Position numbers and translations under genes: made by a program | From: Candidatus Latescibacterota bacterium | GTDB taxonomy: Bacteria > Latescibacterota > UBA2968 | DNA: 64,000 bases | Direction of reading: 5' to 3' | NCBI GenBank assembly: GCA_965204375.1 | Contig: OZ241986.1 | Coordinates: 800,001-864,000, forward strand | Shown: positions 10,222 to 19,377 of the stretch, piece by piece | Layout of the letters: each line of letters begins with the position of its first letter | How positions within the stretch are numbered: the stretch's first letter is position 1 | Notes under the pieces: model-generated | The model's input: only the letters and a program-made list of their open reading frames with translations | The model's database searches: none | What the model was told of the DNA's origin: nothing

Positions 10222-10406
10222 TATAAGATTGAAAATAAATACCTTACAAGAAACATTGCTTGATGCTAAATTGAAAACCAGCTATATTCTCTTACGTTTC
10301 ATTAGAAATAAACTACTGGTGTTTTGTTTCATGCATTGGCTTAAGATCCCTTAGCTATTTTAAACCGCCCAAACCGAGGAGAAATCATGTTGCGAGTCAG
10401 CGACCC
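10222..10406 (+). repeat. promoter-leader module type 1, copy A
   Basis: 185 bp, about 91% identical to 17650-17833 by manual alignment; includes promoter, SD and the first 20 coding nt (MLRVSDP). Confidence 0.97.
10260..10288 (+). promoter_or_regulatory. sigma70-type promoter
   Basis: TTGATG-17 nt-TATATT, identical in the second copy at 17688-17716. Confidence 0.75.
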
Positions 10407-12000
10407 CGACCTGATCGCCCACTGGCCGTTCCGGGAAAACCTGAAAGACCATTCTGAAAGCGGCCTGTCCATCCAAAATCACGGTGTTGAAATCGGGGAA
10501 TCAGGCGGACAAAGAAGCGCCCAATTCAACGGGGCGGAAACCTTTCTGGAAGTTCCCTGCGATCTGTCTATAGGGACAGGCGATTTTTCATGCGCCGGAT
10601 GGATCTACACGGAAGAAACCGAAGTGGTCGGCGATATTCTCAGCCAATTCGATCCGAAAACCCGCCATGGATGGCAGATATCGGTCCTCACCAATACCGG
10701 AATGACTTCCACCGCTCAATCGAATTACCGCAACCTCCACTTCGGCATCGACAACGGGCATCTCGGGGCATGGACGGATTGCGGGCGTCCCGGTCAGGCG
10801 GTCAAAATATCTGCACTTTCGACAATAGGTGGACACCTGTATGCCGGCACCTTCGAGAATGGCAAAGAAGAGGTCGGTCACCTGTGGCGCTACGAGGGGG
10901 AAGAACGCTGGACCGACCTGGGCAATCCAGTCGGATGCAACTCCGTCAACGCCGTTGTCGAATTTCAAGGTGCGCTCTATTGCGCCCTCGGTCGGTATAA
11001 TTCCAGCGGCTCCGCCATGGGCGATCCCCTGAACACCACACCCGGCGGCCAGGTCTATCGGGTCGATGCCAACGGCCAATGGACCTTCTGCGGGCATCCA
11101 GGCATCGAAGACGCCACGCCCGAAGAAACACCCACCACGGGACATAACACGGGCAAAGCCGATAACGCCACCGCCCTCACGGTCTATCAGGGTCGGCTCT
11201 ACGCTACCAGCCTCTATCGCGAGGGCGCCTTTGTCTATGATGGCGGCACCACCTGGACGCCCATAGGTCCAGACGTGCGGCTGATGAGTTTCACCGTCTA
11301 TCGGGGCCGGCTCTACACCCTCGTCAACGGCGGCCCGGTTCTTCGCTACGAAGGCAACGCCGAATGGACCGACTGCGGTTGTCCCGAAACTTCCACCCAG
11401 ACCTACTCGGCGGTCACTTTCAAGGGCCAGCTCTATGTCGGCACCTGGCCTCAGGGAGAAGTCTATCGATATGACGGCAACACGACCTGGACCTGTCTGG
11501 GTAGGGCAGGGTACGAACGTGAAATCATGGCCATGGGACTTTACAACGGCAAAGTCTATATCGGCTCGCTCCCAATGGCCAATGTCTGGCGGATGGACGG
11601 CAATCGGTTCACATTCTTAGAGTCTCTGGACCGCACGTCCGCGCCCCTGCGGCGGGTCTGGTCCATGGCCGTTTATCAGGGCCGCCTCTATGCCGGCACC
11701 TTGCCGTCTGGACATGTCTATTCGGTCGAAGCCGGAAAAGTTGCCACTTGGGACCACACATTTCCCGAAGGATGGCGACACGTAGCCGCCGTCAAGCAAG
11801 GCGGCATTCTGACCCTGTACGTCGATGGAACCCCCGTCGCTACAACAGACAGCTTCAATCCAAAACGCTACGATCTCAACCCCAACTGTCCTCTCTTAAT
11901 CGGCTTTGGTGCCCACGACTATTTCAAAGGCGCCCTGCGAGACATCCGTATCTATCGTCGGGGTCTCACACAACTGGAAATCCAGAACCTCGCCAGATGA
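10387..12000 (+). CDS. LamG/concanavalin-like domain protein with inserted beta-propeller
   Basis: LIAHWPF...AQFNG...FSCAGWI at the N-terminus; WRHVAAV...LYVDG...FKGALRDIRIYRRGLT at the C-terminus; repeated LYAGT/VYRYDG..W blades between. Confidence 0.85.
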   Translation: MLRVSDPDLIAHWPFRENLKDHSESGLSIQNHGVEIGESGGQRSAQFNGAETFLEVPCDLSIGTGDFSCAGWIYTEETEVVGDILSQFDPKTRHGWQISVLTNTGMTSTAQSNYRNLHFGIDNGHLGAWTDCGRPGQAVKISALSTIGGHLYAGTFENGKEEVGHLWRYEGEERWTDLGNPVGCNSVNAVVEFQGALYCALGRYNSSGSAMGDPLNTTPGGQVYRVDANGQWTFCGHPGIEDATPEETPTTGHNTGKADNATALTVYQGRLYATSLYREGAFVYDGGTTWTPIGPDVRLMSFTVYRGRLYTLVNGGPVLRYEGNAEWTDCGCPETSTQTYSAVTFKGQLYVGTWPQGEVYRYDGNTTWTCLGRAGYEREIMAMGLYNGKVYIGSLPMANVWRMDGNRFTFLESLDRTSAPLRRVWSMAVYQGRLYAGTLPSGHVYSVEAGKVATWDHTFPEGWRHVAAVKQGGILTLYVDGTPVATTDSFNPKRYDLNPNCPLLIGFGAHDYFKGALRDIRIYRRGLTQLEIQNLAR

Positions 12001-12012
12001 CCGCCGAGGGAA

Positions 12013-12423
12013 TCAGCGAAGGCAGGCGATTTGGCTTTGCTGAGTCGGCAGCATCATGAAGGAGCTGGCAGGTATGAGAACCGCTGTAAATTGGCGGTCA
12101 TAGACAAAATTGGCAAGATTCTGTTGTGAGATTCGAGTATCTATATCTGAAATTCCCGAATCTATTGCCTTGTGTCTGAGCACTTCCAACATGGGAAGCG
12201 AAACATCAAATCCAAAGATATCAAGCCCATCCAGCAGCAGAGGCAGCATTTTACAACCCGTTCCACAGGCAGCCTCCAATATCGCACCACGCGTGTTCTG
12301 CAATTGATTTCGGTAAAAATGTAACTCCCGTTCATTTAGTTCAGACCGACCGCCAGTCTCGTTCCATTGGTCATAGATTAACGCCCACCAATGGGTATCA
12401 TAGTTTTTTCCAGTCTCTTGCAT
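12013..12423 (-). pseudogene. 3'-truncated class I SAM methyltransferase
   Basis: LEAACGTG motif; stops at 136 aa (QIACLR*), whereas relatives at 3748 and 16830 continue to about 260 aa. Confidence 0.8.
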
Positions 12424-12487
12424 GATTACCCCTATGCAAAGATAGGTTTGGTTTTTCTGCGAACCCGCATAGAAAGGCCATTTTGAA

Positions 12488-13012
12488 TTACGTTTGAAGC
12501 CTTTGAAAGGCTTTAAGAGTTGACGGATCAGTGACTATTTTCCTTGCGGCTTCAATCGTCAACCATTTGGCGGCATAGAATTCCTGCAGGTCAATATTGA
12601 AATTACTTCCATCTGTAAGAAGCAAATACCAGATGTCATAATGAGAGTGACAGGGTTCCACAGGATTTTCTATTGGTGTAATGGTAAGCAAAAACGGTTG
12701 TGGTTCGGATTTGAAAAAGTTCCATATTCCCAATTCTTCACCTATCTCACGGTTCAAAGCTGCCCAAAGCGTCTCATCTTTATCTATATGACCACCGGGA
12801 GAAAGCCAAAGGCCAGACTTTTTATGGTGGATAATAAATACCTTTTTACTCTGGGAATCATAGGGCAGAAAATAGACACAAAAATGGGTCTCCGGATTTT
12901 CATCTCGCGTTGGTTTTCCTTCTTTAACTCTTTGTTTATAGCGATCATAGGTTTCCCCCTTGTCACATATATCGCGATCGATAACTTTTGCAATTGATTC
13001 TTGTGTTTTCAT
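12488..13012 (-). CDS. NUDIX hydrolase
   Basis: PGGHIDKDETLWAALNREIGEELG Nudix box; AT-richer than neighbours. Confidence 0.9.
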   Translation of the reverse strand: MKTQESIAKVIDRDICDKGETYDRYKQRVKEGKPTRDENPETHFCVYFLPYDSQSKKVFIIHHKKSGLWLSPGGHIDKDETLWAALNREIGEELGIWNFFKSEPQPFLLTITPIENPVEPCHSHYDIWYLLLTDGSNFNIDLQEFYAAKWLTIEAARKIVTDPSTLKAFQRLQT

Positions 13013-13065
13013 ATTCGCTTCTTCACCTTACCGGCTGGCGGGGGAGGGACTCTGATTCTCAGACT

Positions 13066-15048
13066 TTAACGTTGCTCCGACGACTTTATTCGCTTCACGA
13101 CGGGAGCTCTCTTCCTTGGAGGATAATCTGGGTGTAACCCGGCCATTCGCGGCGTCTGGGGACGGATCGGTCCCCAGTTGATCGCATAGGGGTGATTCTT
13201 ACAGAGTTGCTCGATCTTTTCCCAGGCGGCGAGTACGTTCGCCTGTTCGCTTTTGTCTCCGTTCCAATACCGGGTCATGCCTGCGCGAATGTCGATCATG
13301 TGGCGGGTGTGATCCAGGCCTATGCGGACGAAATCGATCCGCGCCCCGAATCGCTCCGGTTCGTCCGCAACCTTGCGTGACGCCTGGTCGAGGAGCGCGT
13401 AAGCGCGGTCGAAGAACGCCTTGTCATAGACATCCGGGTATGCTCGTTCACTTGCCCACCAAAAGATGTTGCGCGTCTCCTCCATCAGATTCCAATAGGT
13501 CTCGAGTTCCGTGGCTGCTGGGCCGAATGCACGTTGATAGTAATTCTGTAGAATCGCTTGCCCATCCTGCGACGGATTCCACAAGAGATGCGCCATGAGA
13601 TAGTATTGTGGTCCGTGCGTTGCCCAGTGTTCCCATACCATATCGACAAAGATGCCCATCGCTTTTTCGCCGATCAGTTTGAAGTCCTCGGTTGTTTGTA
13701 TGAAAGACACATCCGGCTGTCCCTGAGGCCAGCCCGCAGGGTCACCGACATTGGGTCGCCACATCATGTGCTTCGCGACCTTCGACCACGCGATGTATTG
13801 CTCTTTGTGTGTGGAACCCCTGGTCGAACCACGGTCGATCAGGCCGTCCCGATTGAGGAAATTCGCCACGCTTGCCACAATGACATTCTCTGCCGGAATT
13901 TCGCGAATCGGAGCAGGCCGGGAATGCCCGTAGGCCAGCATCATGACATAGTAGTCTCGATCCGGATAGCGCTGCTTGAGTAGCCGCGCACATGTGTTGG
14001 CAAACCGGACGTGCCGGTCGGATAGTGCGGGCAGTTTCTGCGTGGTCCCTTTCCAGTGAAACGAACGGAGCTCGCCATCCGGATGGTCCCAGGCGCGACA
14101 GGGCTCACAAACACAATGTCCGCTAGCCCAGCCGTCGTTAGGCGATGCATTGAAGACGCGTTGATTTGGGTTCTGTTTTAGTGCTTCCTCGACATCCGCG
14201 AGCCATTGCTGCGGCACCTCCGGATTCGATTGGCAGAGCTTGGCGTTTTTGGGTTGTGGAAATCCGCTCCGCGTTCCGTCAGGCTGAAGGGCGAAGTATT
14301 CGGGGTTTGTTTCGTGAAATCGGTCCCACCAGTCGCGGAATCCATGCCCCCCTTCCATTTCGAGGGAACCCAACTGCAGCCGTTGACGACGTGTCCACGT
14401 CTGGGATCGACCGTATGATCCCCCGGGCGCCAGTCTGGAGTAACTGAACAGTCCGGCCCGGAAACGAAGACTGGGATGGTAGCGATACCTGAAGGTCGCG
14501 AAGCGGATGGATTCCTGCGGGACGATATCCTCGCCGAGATCACCAGGCCAGAGCCAACGCACGCCGAGTCGATCGTGCAGAAACGTATAGATCGCATTTA
14601 CAGTCCCATACTCTTGCTGGATTCCCTCGATCCGGTTCCTTTTGAACTGTACAATCATCTGGGTGGGATCCCAACGGTCTCGCCCCGCGATTACGAGGTG
14701 CTTTTCGCTCGCCGCGATGACGATTTCCTCGGGGTGTTGGAAGTCGAAGTCGATATCTGGAAACAGCGCATCAAGCGCCGGTTGGTAACCCACCCAGATG
14801 GCCCGATCTGGGAGTTGGCGGGGTGGACCGTCGATCCATTCGGGTCGCGTGCCACAGGTTTTCTCGATGTAATCGGCAAGATCAATCGCGGCTTCGCGCG
14901 TGAATGGTGGTGCATCTGGAAAGAGGATCAGCGGTGCCGGTTTGATCCCGGCTTTTTTATCGACGAGGGTAAACTCGGCGGTATCGGCTGCTGAAATCGA
15001 GGTTAGCACGATGGAAACGGTGCGGAGCAGCTTGATTTTTTTTAACAT
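13066..15048 (-). CDS. DUF4838 domain protein (putative secreted glycoside hydrolase-like)
   Basis: Signal-like N-terminus; GTVNAIYTFLHDRLGVRWLWPG; PEYFAL..DG.R; LCQSNPEV; SPNDG...CVCEPC. Confidence 0.85.
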   Translation of the reverse strand: MLKKIKLLRTVSIVLTSISAADTAEFTLVDKKAGIKPAPLILFPDAPPFTREAAIDLADYIEKTCGTRPEWIDGPPRQLPDRAIWVGYQPALDALFPDIDFDFQHPEEIVIAASEKHLVIAGRDRWDPTQMIVQFKRNRIEGIQQEYGTVNAIYTFLHDRLGVRWLWPGDLGEDIVPQESIRFATFRYRYHPSLRFRAGLFSYSRLAPGGSYGRSQTWTRRQRLQLGSLEMEGGHGFRDWWDRFHETNPEYFALQPDGTRSGFPQPKNAKLCQSNPEVPQQWLADVEEALKQNPNQRVFNASPNDGWASGHCVCEPCRAWDHPDGELRSFHWKGTTQKLPALSDRHVRFANTCARLLKQRYPDRDYYVMMLAYGHSRPAPIREIPAENVIVASVANFLNRDGLIDRGSTRGSTHKEQYIAWSKVAKHMMWRPNVGDPAGWPQGQPDVSFIQTTEDFKLIGEKAMGIFVDMVWEHWATHGPQYYLMAHLLWNPSQDGQAILQNYYQRAFGPAATELETYWNLMEETRNIFWWASERAYPDVYDKAFFDRAYALLDQASRKVADEPERFGARIDFVRIGLDHTRHMIDIRAGMTRYWNGDKSEQANVLAAWEKIEQLCKNHPYAINWGPIRPQTPRMAGLHPDYPPRKRAPVVKRIKSSEQR

Positions 15049-15068
15049 GTTTCATTCCTTGATAGGGG

Positions 15069-15084
15069 TGACAGATACCTGTCA
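15069..15084. promoter_or_regulatory. candidate operator palindrome upstream of the DUF4838 gene
   Basis: TGACAG-ATAC-CTGTCA, about 20 nt upstream of the start codon. Confidence 0.4.
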
Positions 15085-15210
15085 AGCTATTGTAATAAAC
15101 TTCCTCAGTTTCCTTAGACCCATTTGTCCCGACGCAAGAGGAATACATACCGTTCAGGCAACATGCGGTTGGCAAATTCGCCTCTGCTCGGTCCGGGTGG
15201 TACTCGCTCT

Positions 15211-15759
15211 TCAGTCCGTATTTTGCCTGGACTCAAATTCTGCGCGCAAAATCCCGAATAAGAGCCTGTCCCAACGTCGGTTGGACCAGTATATTGCCTC
15301 GCGCTCGCACCCTTCCTGAGTAAACCCGAGCTTTTCAAGGACTCGGATGGCACCCGTATTATTGGAGGCTGTCACAGCCGAAATCCTGTACAGGTCCAAA
15401 TGCTCAAATCCGAATCGAAGGATTACCAGTGCGGCATCTGTGCAGTACCCTTTACCTCTGTCCCTCCTGCGGGCAATACCAGCACCGAGGCTGGCGGTGC
15501 GATTTCTCAAGTCGATTTCCGACAACTGAATATCGCCGAGGAGATTTCCATCTGGACTGAAGATGCCCAGATAAATTTGACTCTTGCCTTGTTGCTCCTG
15601 GATTTCCTCGAACCATTTGTCCGAACCCTCGATTGAATGACCAGGTCTGACTGGTTCAGTCGGAATTGGCTCCTCGAGTTCATAATGTTCCCAAAGGGTG
15701 CGGCAATGCTCGCGTTCCATAGTTCTTAAAACCACTTTTTCACCACGTAATTCGATCAT
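15211..15759 (-). CDS. GNAT acetyltransferase, RimJ/RimL family
   Basis: Start reassigned to MIELRGEKVVLR; RGKGYCTDA; N.GAIRVLEKLGFTQEG. Confidence 0.9.
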   Translation of the reverse strand: MIELRGEKVVLRTMEREHCRTLWEHYELEEPIPTEPVRPGHSIEGSDKWFEEIQEQQGKSQIYLGIFSPDGNLLGDIQLSEIDLRNRTASLGAGIARRRDRGKGYCTDAALVILRFGFEHLDLYRISAVTASNNTGAIRVLEKLGFTQEGCEREAIYWSNRRWDRLLFGILRAEFESRQNTD

Positions 15760-16003
15760 GAGAGGGACTTTCGATAATGAAATATGATTCAGCCTCACAG
15801 GTCCTTTGAAAAAGCGCCCAACTGGCATGGATTAACCCTACGCGAAATTCCTTATCTTCCCAGCCAAGGGTATCGAAGAGGACTTCCTTAATGCCATCTT
15901 TGCTAAGAAAGGGGAGACGAAGTTGCTTAGCCAGTTTTCTTCCTAATGTTGTTTTGCCAGTACACGGAGCACCGTTAATAATAATAAGCAAAGATTTTGT
16001 CAT
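15740..16003 (-). pseudogene. 5' fragment of an AAA_33-like P-loop kinase
   Basis: IIINGAPCTGKTTLGRKLA...SKDGIKE; similarity breaks after FIIES, where the GNAT gene begins. Confidence 0.8.
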
Positions 16004-16135
16004 TAGTGTTCACTCAACTTGAGAGAAATTGCCTGATGATATTGGAATGATTTTTATTGGCATTTAGAAATCCTCGTCCAGGTCTTGCTTATCAGCAGGC
16101 GGTGTCAGTTTATCGAATTTCGCATTTCTCTTTTT

Positions 16136-16681
16136 CTATGAGATAGTCTGTGCAATTCGAATAGAGCCTTCCAAAAGAATCTCTCTGTGTTCGTCTTTTC
16201 TCTCGGTTCTCCAGTATTCTCGTGCCCTCTCAAACATTGATCCGAGGGTTTCAGACTCTTCAAAATAGCTTATGAGATCCATATTCGCAGCAAACACACG
16301 AGAGCACTCAACAATCTCAACTTCGTAGAGTTCAGCATCTGCTCTTTTCGAATTGAACCGTCTGGCAACACGCTCGTCTGTCCAGAGGAAGAGGCAGTCA
16401 AATCGACTTGATCTATATGGAAACTCTCTGAGGCGAACCGTCTCCCAGGCGACTTCCAACAGGACACTTCCCGTTGCGGCCGCATCTGGAACCGTCACGG
16501 TGAGGGGATTGGTTTGCACTTCGATTAGGGTTTGGCGTATCAGATGGTCTTGAAAGTTCCCCGGCTTCACAAGGGTCCCAGGGGAAAGCCCGGACTTTGC
16601 TGACCAAAACAGTAGAGATCCCCGACCAATATCAAGATCCCTTGTGTGGGATGCCTCCCTATAGTGGTTTGGATTTGCCAC
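16136..16681 (-). CDS. DUF2441-like protein
   Basis: E.AWETVRLREFPYRSSRFDCLFL...AREYW....EILLEG resembles the recalled DUF2441 pattern. Confidence 0.65.
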   Translation of the reverse strand: MANPNHYREASHTRDLDIGRGSLLFWSAKSGLSPGTLVKPGNFQDHLIRQTLIEVQTNPLTVTVPDAAATGSVLLEVAWETVRLREFPYRSSRFDCLFLWTDERVARRFNSKRADAELYEVEIVECSRVFAANMDLISYFEESETLGSMFERAREYWRTERKDEHREILLEGSIRIAQTIS

Positions 16682-16794
16682 AGTTCTGCCTCGCTTTAGG
16701 TGGAAAAGACGGTTTACGTGTAACTACGGGATTAACGAACCGTTACGGTAACACATACCAGATCTATGTATCTCCGACCTTTTTGTGATCAGTT

Positions 16795-16823
16795 AAAAAG
16801 AGAGGGACATCATCTCTTTTTTT
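16795..16823. terminator. possible bidirectional intrinsic terminator
   Basis: AAAAAGAGA...TCTCTTTTTTT hairpin just after the stop of 16830-17615. Confidence 0.5.
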
Positions 16824-16829
16824 CTTTGT

Positions 16830-17615
16830 TCACTTCTTTCGAGCGAGCCAAATCTGTTCACCTCCATAAAGATAAGGACTCCGATGAAAGTTTCCATACA
16901 ATTCCTGAATCTGATATCCACACAATTCTAGAAGATGCTGCATTTCGTTCTTATAGATGTGTCGTGTCTTACCGACATTATGAATCCTTGAAATTGTCTC
17001 GCCAGATTTGCTGATTTCTTCATAAGTATAATGCCATTCTGAAATTTGGGTCTCAAGGTCACATTTCCGACTTCCCCAAAGAATAACACGATTTCCCGTC
17101 TCTGGATGATTTAACTCTTGTAGTTTTTTTACTGCTGTACCTCCACCAGATGCGGAGACAAGCTCATCCAAACTGGGATCACCATTATGTATTATCAGAA
17201 GTCCATTATCTAAAAGATGTTCATTGATGCACAAAAGGGCCTTTCTTTGGTCTTCTGGTGTTAAGATGTGATGGAAAGCTCTGTAGGGAATCAAGATGGC
17301 GTTGAATCGGTTATTTAGCGAAAAATCACGCATGTCGCCTGCAACGAGGTTTATACGCTCCTGAACTTCATTCCTCAGCTTTGAGACATTTTCTTTCGCT
17401 AACTCAAGCATCTCAGAAGATGGCTCAAGTCCAAAAACATCTAAACCGGATTCAGCTATTGGGATCAGCACTCGCCCTGTTCCACATCCGAGTTCCAAAA
17501 CGGGGCTTCCCGCATTCTGGACTTCTCGAATATAAAATTCTATATCATCTTTTGTTTTCAATGCGTCTTCTCGAGCATCATAGAGTTTAGCTCTGATACC
17601 TTGGTAACCTTCCAT
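16830..17615 (-). CDS. class I SAM-dependent methyltransferase
   Basis: VLELGCGTGR, GDMRDF; same family as 3748 and 12013. Confidence 0.9.
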   Translation of the reverse strand: MEGYQGIRAKLYDAREDALKTKDDIEFYIREVQNAGSPVLELGCGTGRVLIPIAESGLDVFGLEPSSEMLELAKENVSKLRNEVQERINLVAGDMRDFSLNNRFNAILIPYRAFHHILTPEDQRKALLCINEHLLDNGLLIIHNGDPSLDELVSASGGGTAVKKLQELNHPETGNRVILWGSRKCDLETQISEWHYTYEEISKSGETISRIHNVGKTRHIYKNEMQHLLELCGYQIQELYGNFHRSPYLYGGEQIWLARKK

Positions 17616-17649
17616 AAATCCTCCACAAAATCACACATCAAGCAAGTTA

Positions 17650-17833
17650 TATAAGATTGAAAATAAATACCTTACAAGAAACATCGCTTGATGCTAAATT
17701 GAAAACCAGCTATATTCCCTTATATCTCATTAGAGATAGACTACTATCGTTTTGTTTCATGATTGGCTTAAGAGTCCTCAGCTATTTTTAACCGCTCAAA
17801 CCGAGGAGAAATCATGTTGCGAGTCAGCGACCC
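17650..17833 (+). repeat. promoter-leader module type 1, copy B
   Basis: About 91% identical to 10222-10406; identity ends abruptly after ATGTTGCGAGTCAGCGACCC. Confidence 0.97.
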
Positions 17834-18287
17834 TATGGTTCAGAAGTACATCGACTCCGAGTTCGGGCAGCGATGTCTCTACGAGGGCACGCATTGTACG
17901 GAGTGTGTGAGAGAAGAAGACAGGGAGATATGGGGGGTCGGTGATGAACCTTCTTCCTCTGCTTATCCGGGCTTAGCGGCTCGAAAGTTCATCAGAGCGC
18001 ACGAGATCTACGAGAAACTTGGCCTTGCAAGCCCGGCCGAGATCACTGGCGCAGGCATTCTGAAGGAGTTATCTGCTCACACTTCAGCCGAGACCCGGGA
18101 TGCTCTCTGGTACGAAGCTCACGGAAGCGAAGGTGGTATCCCCGTCTGCATCAGGCCGTGTATGTGGCAGGCTGGGCAATATGTACTTGACATCGCGATC
18201 CTTGAATTCCTGCTCCAACGGAAGGAATTGGGAATCGCCCCCGAAATGCTGTCTCGTTTCCAGGCCAGGATTGCGAAGCACAGGTAA
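17814..18287 (+). CDS. hypothetical protein, apparently chimeric (MLRVSDP leader + unrelated sequence)
   Basis: Strong SD (GAGGAG) and promoter; first 7 aa identical to the LamG protein, remainder unrelated. Confidence 0.6.
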   Translation: MLRVSDPMVQKYIDSEFGQRCLYEGTHCTECVREEDREIWGVGDEPSSSAYPGLAARKFIRAHEIYEKLGLASPAEITGAGILKELSAHTSAETRDALWYEAHGSEGGIPVCIRPCMWQAGQYVLDIAILEFLLQRKELGIAPEMLSRFQARIAKHR

Positions 18288-18358
18288 TGTTGCTTTCTCT
18301 CGCGGATTTGTTCATATAAGCAAGCCGTTGTTATCTTTTTAAAACAGGAGGTTACCGG

Positions 18359-19339
18359 ATGTCCAAACCGCTTTATCAACTGGATTGGCAGCGTCAGGAG
18401 CAGCCGATCCTGTCGGGGATGACCACAAACCAGGACTGGTGCCGGGTGACGGTGTACAGCCCGGCGGTTCTCCGTATGGGCGATACGTATAAAATGTGGT
18501 ACCTGGGCAACCGAACGGCCACGCGTACGAGCGATATGGATCTGGGGTATGCCGAGTCCCAGGATGGACTGACCTGGACGCCACATCCGGACAATCCGAT
18601 CCTCAGCGGCGCGTTGCCGTGGGGCCGTGCGTGGCAGACGCCGCATGTGATCTTCGACAGCGATGAAAATCTTTACAAGATGTGGTTCGTGATGGCCGAC
18701 AGCCGTCCGGGTGAGGGGGGCAGGGCGATCGTTCTGGGGCAGAAGCTGGGGTATGCGACCAGCTCCGACGGTCTGACATGGGAGGTTTATCCCGAGCCGA
18801 TCTATCCGAGCGGGCGGGGGCCGTGCGTGTTGAAGGAGGGGCCGACCGCCTACCGGATGTGGATGTGTTCATCCCCCAGTCCGGACGGAGAATTTGGAGA
18901 TCTGGTCGGGAATATCTACCACTTTGAATCGGCTGACGGCATCGCCTGGACGCGGGACCCCGAACCGATGATCCGGGCCACTGAAACGCGCCAGAGCGTG
19001 GTCTATCCGAGCGTTTTGAGGGCCGAGCGAGGATATACGATGTGGTACGGGTGCCATGTAGAGGGAGGAATCTTCGAGCTTTTCTGTTCGACGTCGGAGG
19101 ATGGGCTGCATTGGACGCACCACCTGAAGGCGTCTTCGTTTCCCGCAACACGCGATCCGAACGATTTTGACGGACGGTACACGTCCACGCCATGCGTGCT
19201 GGACGACGGTGACCGCTATCTGCTGTACTACTCCGCCCGAGACTGGGGAAACCTCTACCGGGCCGGGGACGGGACGATCAAGACCGACGGCGCGGGCATT
19301 TACCGCCACATCGGGGTGGCCGTATGTCCGAAGGAATAA
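18359..19339 (+). CDS. five-bladed beta-propeller glycosidase-like protein (GH32/43/130 fold)
   Basis: Repeated Y(K/R)MWY...GYA.S.DGL.W blades; AGGAGG SD. Confidence 0.85.
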   Translation: MSKPLYQLDWQRQEQPILSGMTTNQDWCRVTVYSPAVLRMGDTYKMWYLGNRTATRTSDMDLGYAESQDGLTWTPHPDNPILSGALPWGRAWQTPHVIFDSDENLYKMWFVMADSRPGEGGRAIVLGQKLGYATSSDGLTWEVYPEPIYPSGRGPCVLKEGPTAYRMWMCSSPSPDGEFGDLVGNIYHFESADGIAWTRDPEPMIRATETRQSVVYPSVLRAERGYTMWYGCHVEGGIFELFCSTSEDGLHWTHHLKASSFPATRDPNDFDGRYTSTPCVLDDGDRYLLYYSARDWGNLYRAGDGTIKTDGAGIYRHIGVAVCPKE

Positions 19340-19377
19340 ACCGCGACAGCCGGAATTGCCATCGCCATCGTTGCGTT

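Noticed and set aside
10085-10354. 89-aa ORF across the type-1 promoter module
   Set aside because: It overlaps promoter DNA, has no clear SD, and the second copy of the repeat has an indel and lacks the 5' part.
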